From Proteobacteria bacterium UBA6156 (lineage in GTDB: Bacteria > Pseudomonadota > Alphaproteobacteria > UBA2136 > UBA6156): a DNA stretch of 64,000 nucleotides. The stretch is from contig DIUO01000015.1 in assembly GCA_002422365.1 (NCBI GenBank), forward strand, positions 9,607 through 73,606, given 5' to 3'. The position numbers and the translations under genes are program-made. The notes beneath the pieces were generated by a model that saw only the letters and a program-made list of their open reading frames with translations, was not told the DNA's origin and searched no databases. Positions 20,344 to 29,135 of this stretch are shown here, piece after piece. Numbering within the stretch: the first letter of the stretch is position 1; each line of letters opens with the position of its first letter.

Positions 20344-20631
20344 ACTTTGCACTATGCTTGTTCGGCGGCGGCACCATAGCAAATTGGGGCAGATTGGCAA
20401 CTTTTTTTTGTGTTTGAATATTGGTTTGTTACGCTTCGCGTTATCGCGCCTTCGCTTACGGCCTTCGGCCTCGCTCTCGGCGGCCGGGTGTTCCCCCGGC
20501 GCCCCCATCTTAGTACTAGGGGGGGAGGGGCCAAGTTTAATATATTGGCCCTCCCCCTAAAACCCCCATCCCCCTGCCTTCGTAGAGAGACCACGAACTT
20601 TGCTACAGGAGCTTCGTAGTTAAATTTAATG

Positions 20632-21456
20632 CTACTGGCTGAAGGCCATTTCGAAGTCGCGGTAGGCGCTGACTTTGTCGGCGGGGATGGGCAGCGGGAT
20701 GGACTTGCGGATGGCGCGCACGAGAGAGTCGTCGAAGGATTTGTCTCCGCTGGATTTGACCACGCGCAGGCCTGAGAGGTCTCCGGCAGGGCTGAGTTGG
20801 ATTTGGACGGTGATGGAGAGGCCACGGAGGTCTTTGCCTGGCGGGATTGTCCAGTTGGCGTTGACGGCGTTGCCGATGGCGTCGTTCACGCCTTGGTCGG
20901 AGAGGTTGAGTTGCAGTTGCGGGCCTTCTCCGGCTTGTTTGGTGGGGTCGGCTTCGGCCTCCGGCTTGGGTGCCGGGGCGGTGGTGTCGGCCTCTAAGAA
21001 GTCGTCGAGCGATTGGAGGAAGTCTTCCGGGTTTTTGACCACCTTGGCGTTCAGGTCGTTCTTCACCACCTTTTTCTCGCGGGGGGTTTTATCGAGCACC
21101 GGCGGGCGTTTTTCGGCTTCCAGTTTCGATTCTTTAATTTCCACCGCCGGTTTGTTGGGGTCGGTCACGAAGCGGGAGGTGGCCTCGGAGGTGGGCAGGT
21201 TCTTCATGTTTTTGGGGGGTTCTTTTGGCGCGGCGCTGTCTTGGGTGCGCACTTGCTGGGGCTCTACCTTTTTCGTGGCGGCCTTGGGCTGCGGCACGCC
21301 CACCAATTTTACCTGCACCGAAGGTGTGGACACCCGCACCTTGTGCGTGAGTGACACCGACAAGCCCAACAACACCAGAATGTGCAACACCAGCGAAGCC
21401 ACAACCATGCGGACAAGGTTGGGCTGGGCGGTGGTGCGGTGGTGCAGGCTGGGCAT
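20632..21456 (-). CDS. tolA: TolA-like protein (N-terminal TM, Pro/Lys-rich linker, TonB/TolA C-terminal domain)
   Basis: The architecture fits, and it lies directly after tolQ-tolR. The C-terminus reads ...VVKSSGDKSFDDSLVRAIRKSIPLPIP. Confidence 0.7.
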   Translation of the reverse strand: MPSLHHRTTAQPNLVRMVVASLVLHILVLLGLSVSLTHKVRVSTPSVQVKLVGVPQPKAATKKVEPQQVRTQDSAAPKEPPKNMKNLPTSEATSRFVTDPNKPAVEIKESKLEAEKRPPVLDKTPREKKVVKNDLNAKVVKNPEDFLQSLDDFLEADTTAPAPKPEAEADPTKQAGEGPQLQLNLSDQGVNDAIGNAVNANWTIPPGKDLRGLSITVQIQLSPAGDLSGLRVVKSSGDKSFDDSLVRAIRKSIPLPIPADKVSAYRDFEMAFSQ

Positions 21457-21467
21457 GGGGGCCGTGC

Positions 21468-21893
21468 TTACTCGGTGGGTTCGGTGACCAGGCCGACATC
21501 GACCATGCCAGCCACTTGCAGGGCGGCCATGACCTGCATGACGGAGCCGTAGCTGATGTCTTTATCGGCACGCAGCAGGATGGCGGCGCTGTCGCGGCCT
21601 TCTTGGATGGCTTGCAGGCGGGCGACGAGGTCTTCTTGCGGCACAACTGCGCTGCCGACCTGGACGGTGCCGTCTCTCCGCAGGATGATTTCGATCGGTT
21701 TATCTTGCTCGATGGATTTGGCGTCGGCCTTGGGGAGAGCCACTTGCACGCCTTGGGTCATCATGGGGGCGGCCACCATGAAGATGATCATCAGCACCAG
21801 CATGACGTCGACCATCGGGGTGATGTTGATTTCGGCAACCGGGCGGTAGACGCGGTGGCCTTTGTGCCCCGAGGGGCCTAAATTCATACCCAT
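21468..21893 (-). CDS. tolR: biopolymer transport protein TolR (ExbD/TolR family)
   Basis: AEINITPMVDVMLVLMIIFMV signature, 141 aa, directly after tolQ. Confidence 0.88.
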   Translation of the reverse strand: MGMNLGPSGHKGHRVYRPVAEINITPMVDVMLVLMIIFMVAAPMMTQGVQVALPKADAKSIEQDKPIEIILRRDGTVQVGSAVVPQEDLVARLQAIQEGRDSAAILLRADKDISYGSVMQVMAALQVAGMVDVGLVTEPTE

Positions 21894-21908
21894 AATAAGC
21901 CCCCTGCC

Positions 21909-22622
21909 CTAGCGTTTGTTGGGGCTGGTTTTGCGGGTGCTTTGGCGCTCCAGCACGGTGAGGAATTCGTCGATGAACGTTTCTACCCGGGCGGCATAGC
22001 GGCCCATGCTGCCGGTGAGGCGGTTGTAGGCCACCACGGCGGGGATGGCGGCGAAGAGGCCGATGGCGGTGGCGAAGAGAGCCTCGGCAATACCCGGTGC
22101 CACCACGGCCAGGCTGGTGTTTTTGGAGGCGCCGATGTGCTGGAAGGACGTCATGATACCCCACACCGTGCCCAAAAGCCCCACGAACGGTGCGACTGAG
22201 CCGGTGGTGGCGAGCATGGGCAGCCAGGCTTCGATGGATTCCAGTTCGCGGCGGGCGGTGGCGTCCATCATGCGGCGCACGCGCTGGAGGGCGGTGCCGT
22301 CGCGGCGTTCGTCGTCGGAGGCGGCGTTCCATTCCTCTTGCCCCACAACAAACACGCTGGCGAGGGGGTGGTCTCCCTGCTGGGGGTTGACCTGGCGGGT
22401 GAAGCTTTCCAGCGTGTGGGAGCCGGACCAGAAGATGTCTTCGAAGTCATCCGCCTTGCGGTGCAGCGCCTTGAACTGGCGGGACTTGGCCACCCACACG
22501 GCCCACACCGTGACCGAAGCCGCAAACAGCCCGAACATGATGAGTTTGACGAAAAGGCCTGCCTGTAAAAACAGGCCCCAGAATGACATATCGACTGTGG
22601 CGGCGACGGCGGTTGGTTCCAT
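21909..22622 (-). CDS. tolQ: Tol-Pal system protein TolQ (MotA/TolQ/ExbB family)
   Basis: FEDIFWSG motif and [21 protein letters not shown]...[22 protein letters not shown]. Confidence 0.9.
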   Translation of the reverse strand: MEPTAVAATVDMSFWGLFLQAGLFVKLIMFGLFAASVTVWAVWVAKSRQFKALHRKADDFEDIFWSGSHTLESFTRQVNPQQGDHPLASVFVVGQEEWNAASDDERRDGTALQRVRRMMDATARRELESIEAWLPMLATTGSVAPFVGLLGTVWGIMTSFQHIGASKNTSLAVVAPGIAEALFATAIGLFAAIPAVVAYNRLTGSMGRYAARVETFIDEFLTVLERQSTRKTSPNKR

Positions 22623-22892
22623 ATGAGGTATCCCTGCTTGGTGAGGTTGATGCCGAACCCTACCAGCGCTGCGCCCGCACGCGCAAGCGTAACCGCTACC
22701 GTTGCCTTACGGGTTTGGTTAATTTGCGGGCGGAGACGGGTGATGGGTGTTGGATGTTGGGCGGTGAGGAGATGAGATTAAGATTGACTTTGAGCGCAAC
22801 TTAGGGTAGTGTTTTGACAGGCTCGCCGGATGTGCGGGTTTTTTTGTGCCTTCCGTTTTTGGGAGGCATTTTTTGTGGGGAGGGAATGAGAC

Positions 22893-23342
22893 ATGACGAC
22901 TTATGTGAAGGCGGCGGCGGGGCGTGGCACGAGTGTGATTTATGAGACTGACGACGGGCGGCGCGAGGAATGGAGCGGCGGCGACCGCAACTGGCGCAAC
23001 CAGAACCCGGGGAATATTCGGAGTAACCCCATTGCCTGGCGCGGCAAGATTGGCGAAGCAGGAGGCTTTGTGGTGTTTGCCGCGCCGGAATGGGGCCTGC
23101 GCGCGATGCGAATGATATTGGCCAACCGTGCGAAGGAGGGCAAAACGCTGGCGCAGGCGATTGCGCACTATGCGCCGAGTGTTGAGAACAACACGGAGGC
23201 GTATATTAAGCATGTGGTACGGCGGAGCGGAGTGGCGGCGGATGCTGTGTTGGCGGGTTTAAGGCCAGAGGAAATGGAGCGGGTGATGGCGGCGATGTGT
23301 GTGCATGAGGGGAGCCGGGTGGGCAAAGTTATTTTTAAATAG
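22893..23342 (+). CDS. hypothetical protein carrying only the GGDRNWRNQNPGN-motif domain (paralog 1)
   Basis: 149 aa, GGGAGGG Shine-Dalgarno, host-like GC. It is about 50% identical to the N-terminal 145 aa of the 23951-24619 product. Confidence 0.7.
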   Translation: MTTYVKAAAGRGTSVIYETDDGRREEWSGGDRNWRNQNPGNIRSNPIAWRGKIGEAGGFVVFAAPEWGLRAMRMILANRAKEGKTLAQAIAHYAPSVENNTEAYIKHVVRRSGVAADAVLAGLRPEEMERVMAAMCVHEGSRVGKVIFK

Positions 23343-23380
23343 GCGATTGTAGAGCCTATAGGTAACGGCTAGCATACAGC

Positions 23381-23884
23381 ATGTATGCGTTCATCCTCAT
23401 TTTCATAGCTATTTCGTTTACCGCATGGAGCGAAATACTTGAACTTACCTATGGCGTAAATCGTTTGGATGTTAACGCTGACGGGATACCGGATATGATA
23501 TTGCGTACACGTCGGGATAACTTCACAGCGCACAGTTTTGACCGTTATACAATACTTGTAACATTACCTAATCGTGATCACCCTGCTAGCATTTACGATG
23601 TTCCCATAGGCACGGGACCTAAATCTGATTTCCATACCACTGAAGGTGCTGACTGCCTACGTACTGGATATACATTTGAACGCGACAGCAATGGTATATT
23701 GGTGGTTACTCGCTACATGCTGGAAGAAGGAGATCGTTTTTACTGCGAACCCACCCCACTAACTGTGACAACCTATAAACTTACATCAGGGACTGACGAA
23801 CTGATTGCGCCTTATTATATGAAGCAAACCGGCGAGAGAATAGTAAGAAAAACTTATGAAGATGTGAGTGGATTGGTGGAATAA
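23381..23884 (+). CDS. small secreted/periplasmic hypothetical protein (167 aa) in a low-GC insert
   Basis: Signal peptide MYAFILIFIAISFTAWS, an FG-GAP-like LDVNADGIPDMIL, and 2 Cys. The coding sequence is AT-richer than its surroundings. Confidence 0.6.
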   Translation: MYAFILIFIAISFTAWSEILELTYGVNRLDVNADGIPDMILRTRRDNFTAHSFDRYTILVTLPNRDHPASIYDVPIGTGPKSDFHTTEGADCLRTGYTFERDSNGILVVTRYMLEEGDRFYCEPTPLTVTTYKLTSGTDELIAPYYMKQTGERIVRKTYEDVSGLVE

Positions 23885-23950
23885 TTTAATTTACGACTAG
23901 GTAGCCCCCAATGGGGCAATTTTTATATTGAATGAGGGAGAAATTATGCA

Positions 23951-24619
23951 GTGAGCAACTATGTCAGTGCTTCAGCCGGAGCTGATAACACGGTGTTATA
24001 TACTGATGCGGATGAGCGCGTATTTCAGTATACGGGGGGAGATCGCAACTGGCGCAACCAGAACCCCGGAAATGTAAGGAGCAACTCAATTCAATGGGAC
24101 GGCAAAATTGGATCTGCTGGAGGGTTTTGCATATTTAGCAATCCCGAATTCGGGCGCCGCGCTGTGCGAAAAATTCTTTCAAATCGTAGGAAAGAAAATA
24201 AAACGTTATCAGAAGCCATTTCTAGCTATGCACCTCAGAGTGAGAATAATACAAATGCTTATTTAAAAGATGTAGAGAGGCGTACGGGCATTTCTGGAAA
24301 AACCAGACTTTCCGACCTTAATGATTCTCAAATGGAAAGTATTGCTCAGGCTATTTTTATACATGAGGGAACACGTGAAGGTACTGTTCATCAGTTAAAA
24401 CCTAAGAAAAACCCGCCCACTGGCTTTTATATTTGGCATACATCACATGATGAAAAAGTAAGAGATAGTCACGCCGAACGCGATGGAAAACTTTTTGATT
24501 TTGGAAATCCACCTGCTGGAGGCAATCCCGGAGATGATTATAATTGTCGTTGTTGGGCAGAACCTCTTTCTTCTTTGCCAAACACCCCAAAGACCCTAAA
24601 TAGTATTTTTAAGAAATAA
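23951..24619 (+). CDS. GGDRNWRNQNPGN-motif domain fused to a phage Mu F / SPP1 gp7-like core (paralog 2)
   Basis: GTG start with a GAGGGAG Shine-Dalgarno. The C-terminal FYIWHTSHDEKVRDSHAERDGKLFDFGNPPAGGNPGDDYNCRCWAEP fits the Phage_Mu_F core pattern (D.rVR.sH..l.G...PG...NCRC). Confidence 0.75.
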   Translation: MSNYVSASAGADNTVLYTDADERVFQYTGGDRNWRNQNPGNVRSNSIQWDGKIGSAGGFCIFSNPEFGRRAVRKILSNRRKENKTLSEAISSYAPQSENNTNAYLKDVERRTGISGKTRLSDLNDSQMESIAQAIFIHEGTREGTVHQLKPKKNPPTGFYIWHTSHDEKVRDSHAERDGKLFDFGNPPAGGNPGDDYNCRCWAEPLSSLPNTPKTLNSIFKK

Positions 24620-24650
24620 ATGGGTGGCCATAACCACCCATTTATTTTTG
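24614..24650. terminator. bidirectional terminator between paralog 2 and the convergent hydrolase gene
   Basis: Perfect 14-bp stem aaataaatgggtgg / ccacccatttattt. The stop codon of the 222-aa ORF lies inside the stem. Confidence 0.7.
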
Positions 24651-24662
24651 TAATGAGCCTGA

Positions 24663-25313
24663 TTACCGGCCGGGTTTGCCCATTTCTCGCTGCACATAGG
24701 CGGCGATGGTGGCGCCGAGTTCATCTTGCTGGTTGGTGAAGAAGTGGTCGGCACCGTTGATTTTGGCGGCGCTGATGGTGATGCCCTTTTGGCGGGTGGA
24801 TTTTTTCAGCATGTTTTCGGTGTCTTCGGCGGTAGTGATTTCGTCGTTGTTACCATAAATAACCAGGCCGGAAGTGGGGCAAGGGCTGAGGAAGGTGAAG
24901 TCGTACAGACCCGCTGGTGGGGCGACGGCGATAAAGCGCTTGAGGTCGGGGCGGCGCATGAGCATTTGCAGTGTTATCCAGCTGCCGAAGGAGAAGCCTG
25001 CGAGCCAGATTTCTGGCGCGTGGGGGTGGTTGGCGTGCAGCCAGTCGAGGGCGGCGGCAGCGTCGGAGAGTTCTCCCACACCGTTGTCGAACACGCCCTC
25101 GGAATTGCCGACACCGCGGAAGTTGAAGCGGAGGACGGAAAAGCCCATGCGCACGAAGGTTTCGAACAGTTTGTACGTTACCTTGTTGTTCATGGTGCCG
25201 CCGTGCAGCGGGTGCGGGTGGAGAATGACCACGATGGGCGTTTCGGGGTTCTTTTGGGCAAAATACTTGCCTTCCAGGCGGCCGGCGGGGCCTTGGAAGT
25301 TGACGTCGGGCAT
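24663..25313 (-). CDS. alpha/beta-fold hydrolase (COG2945-like)
   Basis: Nucleophile elbow GFSFGSW and a C-terminal GADHFF His motif. 216 aa. Confidence 0.8.
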   Translation of the reverse strand: MPDVNFQGPAGRLEGKYFAQKNPETPIVVILHPHPLHGGTMNNKVTYKLFETFVRMGFSVLRFNFRGVGNSEGVFDNGVGELSDAAAALDWLHANHPHAPEIWLAGFSFGSWITLQMLMRRPDLKRFIAVAPPAGLYDFTFLSPCPTSGLVIYGNNDEITTAEDTENMLKKSTRQKGITISAAKINGADHFFTNQQDELGATIAAYVQREMGKPGR

Positions 25314-25325
25314 GGGGCGGTGCCT

Positions 25326-25357
25326 TTGTGTTTAATTTTTAGTGTTTGGTGTTTGTG
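25326..25357 (-). repeat. TG/CA-rich heptad spacer element upstream of the hydrolase gene
   Basis: ttgtgtttaatttttagtgtttggtgtttgtg, 12 nt upstream of the ATG at 25313. Confidence 0.6.
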
Positions 25358-25507
25358 ATGGGTGCTTATGGCATAGGCGGGGCTTGAATTTCAAGGAAAA
25401 TCGGCAATGCTTTGATAATCATCAATTATTTTAATGCATTTTTAATAACCCTAACGCTGGCTCAGGTATTGACGCCCCTGCTCTTTGGGCTTATTTCTGG
25501 CTTAGAG

Positions 25508-25527
25508 AGCCATGCAGGCGCATGGCT
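25508..25527 (+). promoter_or_regulatory. perfect 8-bp inverted repeat 20 nt upstream of the Rrf2 regulator start (possible operator or leader hairpin)
   Basis: agccatgc-aggc-gcatggct. The position fits autoregulation, but no known IscR box is recognisable. Confidence 0.25.
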
Positions 25528-25546
25528 GGAGTGAAGGGCCGAGCCT

Positions 25547-26050
25547 ATGCATCTTTCTACACGCGGGCGCTATGCGATTATGGCGATGCTGGATTTGGCG
25601 GCGCTTTCGGCCGCGGCAAGCCCCCTGGGCGGCAAGCCGGTGACGCTGGCGCAAATTGCCGAGCGGCAGCACATAAGCCTGAGCTATTTGGAGCAACTGT
25701 TTGCCAAGCTGCGCAAAGCCGGTGTGGTGGACAGCCTGCGCGGGCCCGGCGGCGGTTATACCATACCTAAACCCCTGAACCTGATTATGCTGGCCGATAT
25801 TGTGAGCGCAGTGGACGAGATTGTGGACGTGACCCGCTGCGGCATGGGCGACGACCCCCACGGCCCCAGCACCGGCAACGGCTGTGTGATGGGCCGCAAA
25901 TGCAACGCCCACGACCTGTGGAGCGCGTTGGGCACCCACATTGAGAGCTTTTTGCGCCGTGTGAGCCTGAAGATGGTGATGGACAATGATTTTGAGCTGG
26001 AACAGCAGGCGATTGTGCCGGTAACGTTCCAGAGTATTCGGATTATTTAA
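25547..26050 (+). CDS. Rrf2-family transcriptional regulator (IscR-like, three candidate cluster-ligand Cys)
   Basis: MHLSTRGRYAIMAMLDLA... winged-helix N-terminus, plus Cys in TRCG...NGCVMGRKCNAHDLW. It lies directly upstream of the cysteine desulfurase. Confidence 0.85.
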   Translation: MHLSTRGRYAIMAMLDLAALSAAASPLGGKPVTLAQIAERQHISLSYLEQLFAKLRKAGVVDSLRGPGGGYTIPKPLNLIMLADIVSAVDEIVDVTRCGMGDDPHGPSTGNGCVMGRKCNAHDLWSALGTHIESFLRRVSLKMVMDNDFELEQQAIVPVTFQSIRII

Positions 26051-26055
26051 GCCGT

Positions 26056-27168
26056 ATGGCGACGAAGGCCCCTGCCCGTGTGTATTTGGACTATGCCGCC
26101 AGTGCTCCGCTGCGGCCTGCGGCGCGTGCGCGGATGATGGAACTGCTGGACATTTTTGGCAACCCCAGCAGCCTGCACGCCGAAGGCCAAGCCGCACGCA
26201 TGGCGCTGGATGACAGCCGCCGCACGCTGGCCGGAGCGCTGGGTGTGCGGGCGGAGAGGATTGTGTTCACCAGCGGTGGGACGGAGGCAAATAACCTTGC
26301 TTTGCGGGGTGTTATGGCGGTTTCTTCTGGTAAAAGATTACTTGTATCTGGCATAGAGCACGACTGCGTGCGGGCGACCGGGAAAGCGCTGGGTGCGGAG
26401 GAGATTCCGGTTGATAAAGATGGGCTGGTGCGGTTGGACTGGCTGCGTGATGAGCTGGCCAAGGCCGATGTGGCCATGGTGAGTGTAATGCATGCCAACA
26501 ACGAAAACGGCGTGTTGCAACCCGTGGTGGAGATTGCGCGGATGTGCCGCGAGTTTGGGGTGGTGTGCCACAGCGATGCGGTGCAAACGGTTGGGCATAT
26601 ACCTGTGGATGTGGATAAGGTGGGGGCGGATTTGGTGAGTTTTTCGGCCCACAAATACGGTGGGCCGCGCGGAGTGGGTGTGCTTGTGCTGAAGCCGGAG
26701 CTGGAGATGGTGGCAACAATGACGGGTGGTGCGCAGGAGCGCAACCGCCGCGCGGGCACCGAAAACGTGGCCGCCATTGGCGGGGCCGCCGTAGCGCTGC
26801 AAGAGGCGATGTTGAACATGGAGACGGAACGCAGCCGGGCGCGGCAGTTTGGCGAGCAGGTGTGCGCCGCGGCGGAGGCCCTGGGACTGGACGTGGTGGG
26901 CAAGGCCAGCCCGTGCGTGGAGCATGTGGTGCAGGTGCTGACGCCCAAGCGCGGCGACGATGTGGTGATTGGTATGGATTTGAAAGGTGTGGCCATTAGC
27001 CAAGGCAGCGCCTGCGGCAGCGGCAAAGTGAAAGAAAGCCATGTGCTGCGGGCGATGGGGTATAGCCCCGATGAGGCCGGGCGGGCGGTGCGGTTGAGCT
27101 GGGGGTGGGCGACGACGGAGGCGGAGATTGCGGCTGGGGTGGCGGCTTTGGGGGCGGTGGTGAGTTAG
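26056..27168 (+). CDS. cysteine desulfurase (NifS/IscS class V aminotransferase)
   Basis: PLP lysine in SFSAHKYGGPRGVG, active-site loop SQGSACGSG, N-terminal YLDYAASAP. Confidence 0.9.
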   Translation: MATKAPARVYLDYAASAPLRPAARARMMELLDIFGNPSSLHAEGQAARMALDDSRRTLAGALGVRAERIVFTSGGTEANNLALRGVMAVSSGKRLLVSGIEHDCVRATGKALGAEEIPVDKDGLVRLDWLRDELAKADVAMVSVMHANNENGVLQPVVEIARMCREFGVVCHSDAVQTVGHIPVDVDKVGADLVSFSAHKYGGPRGVGVLVLKPELEMVATMTGGAQERNRRAGTENVAAIGGAAVALQEAMLNMETERSRARQFGEQVCAAAEALGLDVVGKASPCVEHVVQVLTPKRGDDVVIGMDLKGVAISQGSACGSGKVKESHVLRAMGYSPDEAGRAVRLSWGWATTEAEIAAGVAALGAVVS

Positions 27169-27206
27169 TGGTTTAGTGTTTTCGTGGTTAGTGTTTTAGT
27201 ATTTTT
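27166..27206. repeat. TG-rich heptad element, downstream of a plus-strand gene
   Basis: tagtggtttagtgttttcgtggttagtgttttagtattttt. It is the same family and the same strand as the other copies, but here it is 3-prime of the desulfurase gene. Confidence 0.6.
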
Positions 27207-27222
27207 AGAGTTGATTACTTAA

Positions 27223-27276
27223 GATTTATTTACAGGATGTGCCTTGGCACGGTAGGGGTTGCGCCGGCGCGGTGCT
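27223..27276. repeat. intergenic repeat family B, copy 1 (5-prime part, interrupted by a MITE)
   Basis: gatttatttacaggatgtgccttggcacggtaggggttgcgccggcgcggtgcttt matches the starts of the copies at 56406 and 58968. Confidence 0.65.
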
Positions 27277-27454
27277 TTAAAGCTGTTTAAATAATAAATT
27301 GCAGTGCCTGCAAGCCTGCGGGCGGGCTAAAAAGGCATCTGGATTGCGTCGGCAAAACTGGAAAAGAGGGCCACTCTTACCCTGTTTTCCCACCACAACC
27401 AGCTGCCTTTTTATCTCCGCCATGCACCGCAATTTATTATTTAAACAGCTTTAA
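27277..27454. mobile_element. 178-bp non-autonomous element (MITE) with perfect 26-bp terminal inverted repeats
   Basis: Left end ttaaagctgtttaaataataaattgc (27277-27302) is the exact reverse complement of the right end (27429-27454). There is no coding capacity. It is inserted in a family-B repeat, at a TTAA-containing site. Confidence 0.75.
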
Positions 27455-27500
27455 TTGGTGAAGTCGCTTAAAGTCCGCTTTGCTATTGAATTAGGAAGAA

Positions 27501-27640
27501 TGCCTCCGGCGGGCCTCCTGTTCCGGCCTCCGCCGGAATGATGGGGGATGGATCCCGGATAGGTAGCGGGTCCCGGCAAAAATGAGATTTTTTACCACCC
27601 TCTAACCTTCCGGGATGACACCCTCCCGCCGCTTGGTGGC
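27501..27640. repeat. structured intergenic repeat, family A, copy 2
   Basis: Shares ttccggcctccgccggaatg.tgggggatggatcccggataggtagcgggtcccgg...ctaaccttccgggatgacacc with copy 1. Confidence 0.8.
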
Positions 27641-27652
27641 TTTTTCTTACCT

Positions 27653-27677
27653 AAAACCGGCCAGGGGCCGGTTTTTT
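27653..27677. terminator. bidirectional intrinsic terminator, probably the ancestral gltA terminator
   Basis: aaaa-aaccggcc-agg-ggccggtt-tttt. It sits 13 nt downstream (minus strand) of the relic gltA 3-prime end. Confidence 0.65.
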
Positions 27678-27689
27678 AGTACGTAGCGG

Positions 27690-27758
27690 TTAGCGTTTGC
27701 CGAGGGGGGCTACGTCCCGCCGGGTGGGGCCGGTGTAGAGCTGGCGGGGGCGGCCGAT
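27690..27758 (-). pseudogene. relic duplicate of the last 22 codons plus stop of gltA
   Basis: 69 nt aligns without gaps to 27807-27875 with 4 mismatches, all synonymous. It translates to [22 protein letters not shown]. Confidence 0.8.
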
Positions 27759-27806
27759 GTTTTGCCGAAGGCAAACTCATATAAAGAGAAAATCGGCCGA
27801 CCTATC

Positions 27807-29135
27807 TTACCGTTTGCCGAGGGGGGCAACGTCGCGGCGGGTGGGGCCGGTGTAGAGCTGGCGGGGGCGGCCGATTTTCTGGTCGGGTTCGCCGATCATT
27901 TCCATCCAGTGGCTTATCCAGCCGACCGTGCGGGCCAGCGCGAATAGGCAGGTGAACATGGGGGTGGGGATGCCGATGGCGCGGAGGATGATGCCGCTGT
28001 AGAAGTCGACGTTCGGGTAGAGTTTGCGCTCGATGAAGTAGGGATCTTTCAGGGCCATTTCTTCCAGCTTCATGGCGACTTCCAGCATGGGGTCGTTGAT
28101 GTTCAGTTCTTTCAGCACCTCGTGGCAGGTTTCGCGCATGATTTTGGCACGGGGGTCGAAGTTCTTGTAAACACGGTGGCCAAAGCCCATCAGCTTGGTG
28201 TCGGAGAGTTTGTCCTTCACCTTAGCGATAAACGGCTCGACGTTGTCGACGGTGCCGATTTCGGCCAGCATTTTCAGCACGGCCTCGTTAGCCCCACCAT
28301 GCAGCGGGCCCCAGAGGGTGGCCACACCGGCTGCCACGCAGGCAAAGGGGTTGGCGCCGCTGCTGCCCGCCAGGCGCACGGTGCTGGTGCTGGCGTTCTG
28401 TTCGTGGTCGGCATGCAGGGTGAAGATGCGGTCCATGGCTTGCTCGACCACCGGGTTGACTTCGTAATCCTTCGTGGGGACGGCGAACATCATGCGCAGG
28501 AAGTTGCCGGCGTAGGACAGGTTGTTATCCGGGTACATGAACGGTTGGCCGACGCTGTATTTGTAGGCCATGGCCACCAGGGTGGGCATTTTGGCGATGA
28601 GGCGGTAGGCTGTGACCTCGCGGTGGCGGGGGTTATGGATGTCGAGGCTGTCGTGGTAGAAGCTGGCCAGCGCGCCGGTGACGCCGCAGAGGATGGACAT
28701 AGGGTGGGCATCTGGCCGGAAGCCGTGGAAGAAGGTGGCGACTTGCTCGTGCACCATGGTGTGATCCATCACCATATCTTCGAACGCTTCGAGCTCGGCG
28801 CGGGCGGGGAGTTCTCCGAACAGCAGCAGGTAGCAGACTTCCAGATAGCTGGCTTTTTCCGCCAGTTGCTCGATGGGGTAGCCACGGTAGAGGAGTTCGC
28901 CTTTGTCGCCATCGATATACGTGATTCCGCTTTGGCAGGCGGCGGTGGACATGAAGCCGGGGTCGTAGGTGAACATGCCTTCGTTTTTATAAAGCGCGCG
29001 GACATCGGCCACGTTGGGGCCGACTGTGCCTTTCAGCACCGGCAAGGTGACGGTGACGGTGTTGCCGCCGCCGGAATTGGCGGTGGTGCCGTTGCCTTGA
29101 GAGCCGGATTTGTTGAGCTTGACGACGTTGGCCAT
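27807..29135 (-). CDS. gltA: citrate synthase (type II, Gram-negative hexameric type)
   Basis: 442 aa with [24 protein letters not shown] and [15 protein letters not shown] signatures. Confidence 0.96.
   Translation of the reverse strand: MANVVKLNKSGSQGNGTTANSGGGNTVTVTLPVLKGTVGPNVADVRALYKNEGMFTYDPGFMSTAACQSGITYIDGDKGELLYRGYPIEQLAEKASYLEVCYLLLFGELPARAELEAFEDMVMDHTMVHEQVATFFHGFRPDAHPMSILCGVTGALASFYHDSLDIHNPRHREVTAYRLIAKMPTLVAMAYKYSVGQPFMYPDNNLSYAGNFLRMMFAVPTKDYEVNPVVEQAMDRIFTLHADHEQNASTSTVRLAGSSGANPFACVAAGVATLWGPLHGGANEAVLKMLAEIGTVDNVEPFIAKVKDKLSDTKLMGFGHRVYKNFDPRAKIMRETCHEVLKELNINDPMLEVAMKLEEMALKDPYFIERKLYPNVDFYSGIILRAIGIPTPMFTCLFALARTVGWISHWMEMIGEPDQKIGRPRQLYTGPTRRDVAPLGKR

Noticed and set aside
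20344-20631. Whether the 288-bp gap between tRNA-Phe and tolA, which holds an imperfect palindrome (gggaggggccaa...ttggccctcccc) and CTTCG-rich low complexity, is an ncRNA or a repeat-family member.
   Set aside because: It has no second copy in the window, no T-run terminator and no recognisable RNA motif. The evidence is insufficient to call a feature.
22893-24650. Whether the MuF-like gene marks a prophage.
   Set aside because: No portal, terminase, capsid, tail, integrase or repressor genes lie within 10 kb on either side, and the flanks are tolQRA and a hydrolase. It is treated as an isolated module rather than a prophage.
25502-26197. A 231-aa minus-strand ORF and other ORFs overlapping the Rrf2 regulator and the desulfurase (26091-27026, 26338-27042).
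   Set aside because: They are antisense shadows of well-supported plus-strand genes. Their composition is Arg/Ala/Pro/His-rich and they carry no family signatures.
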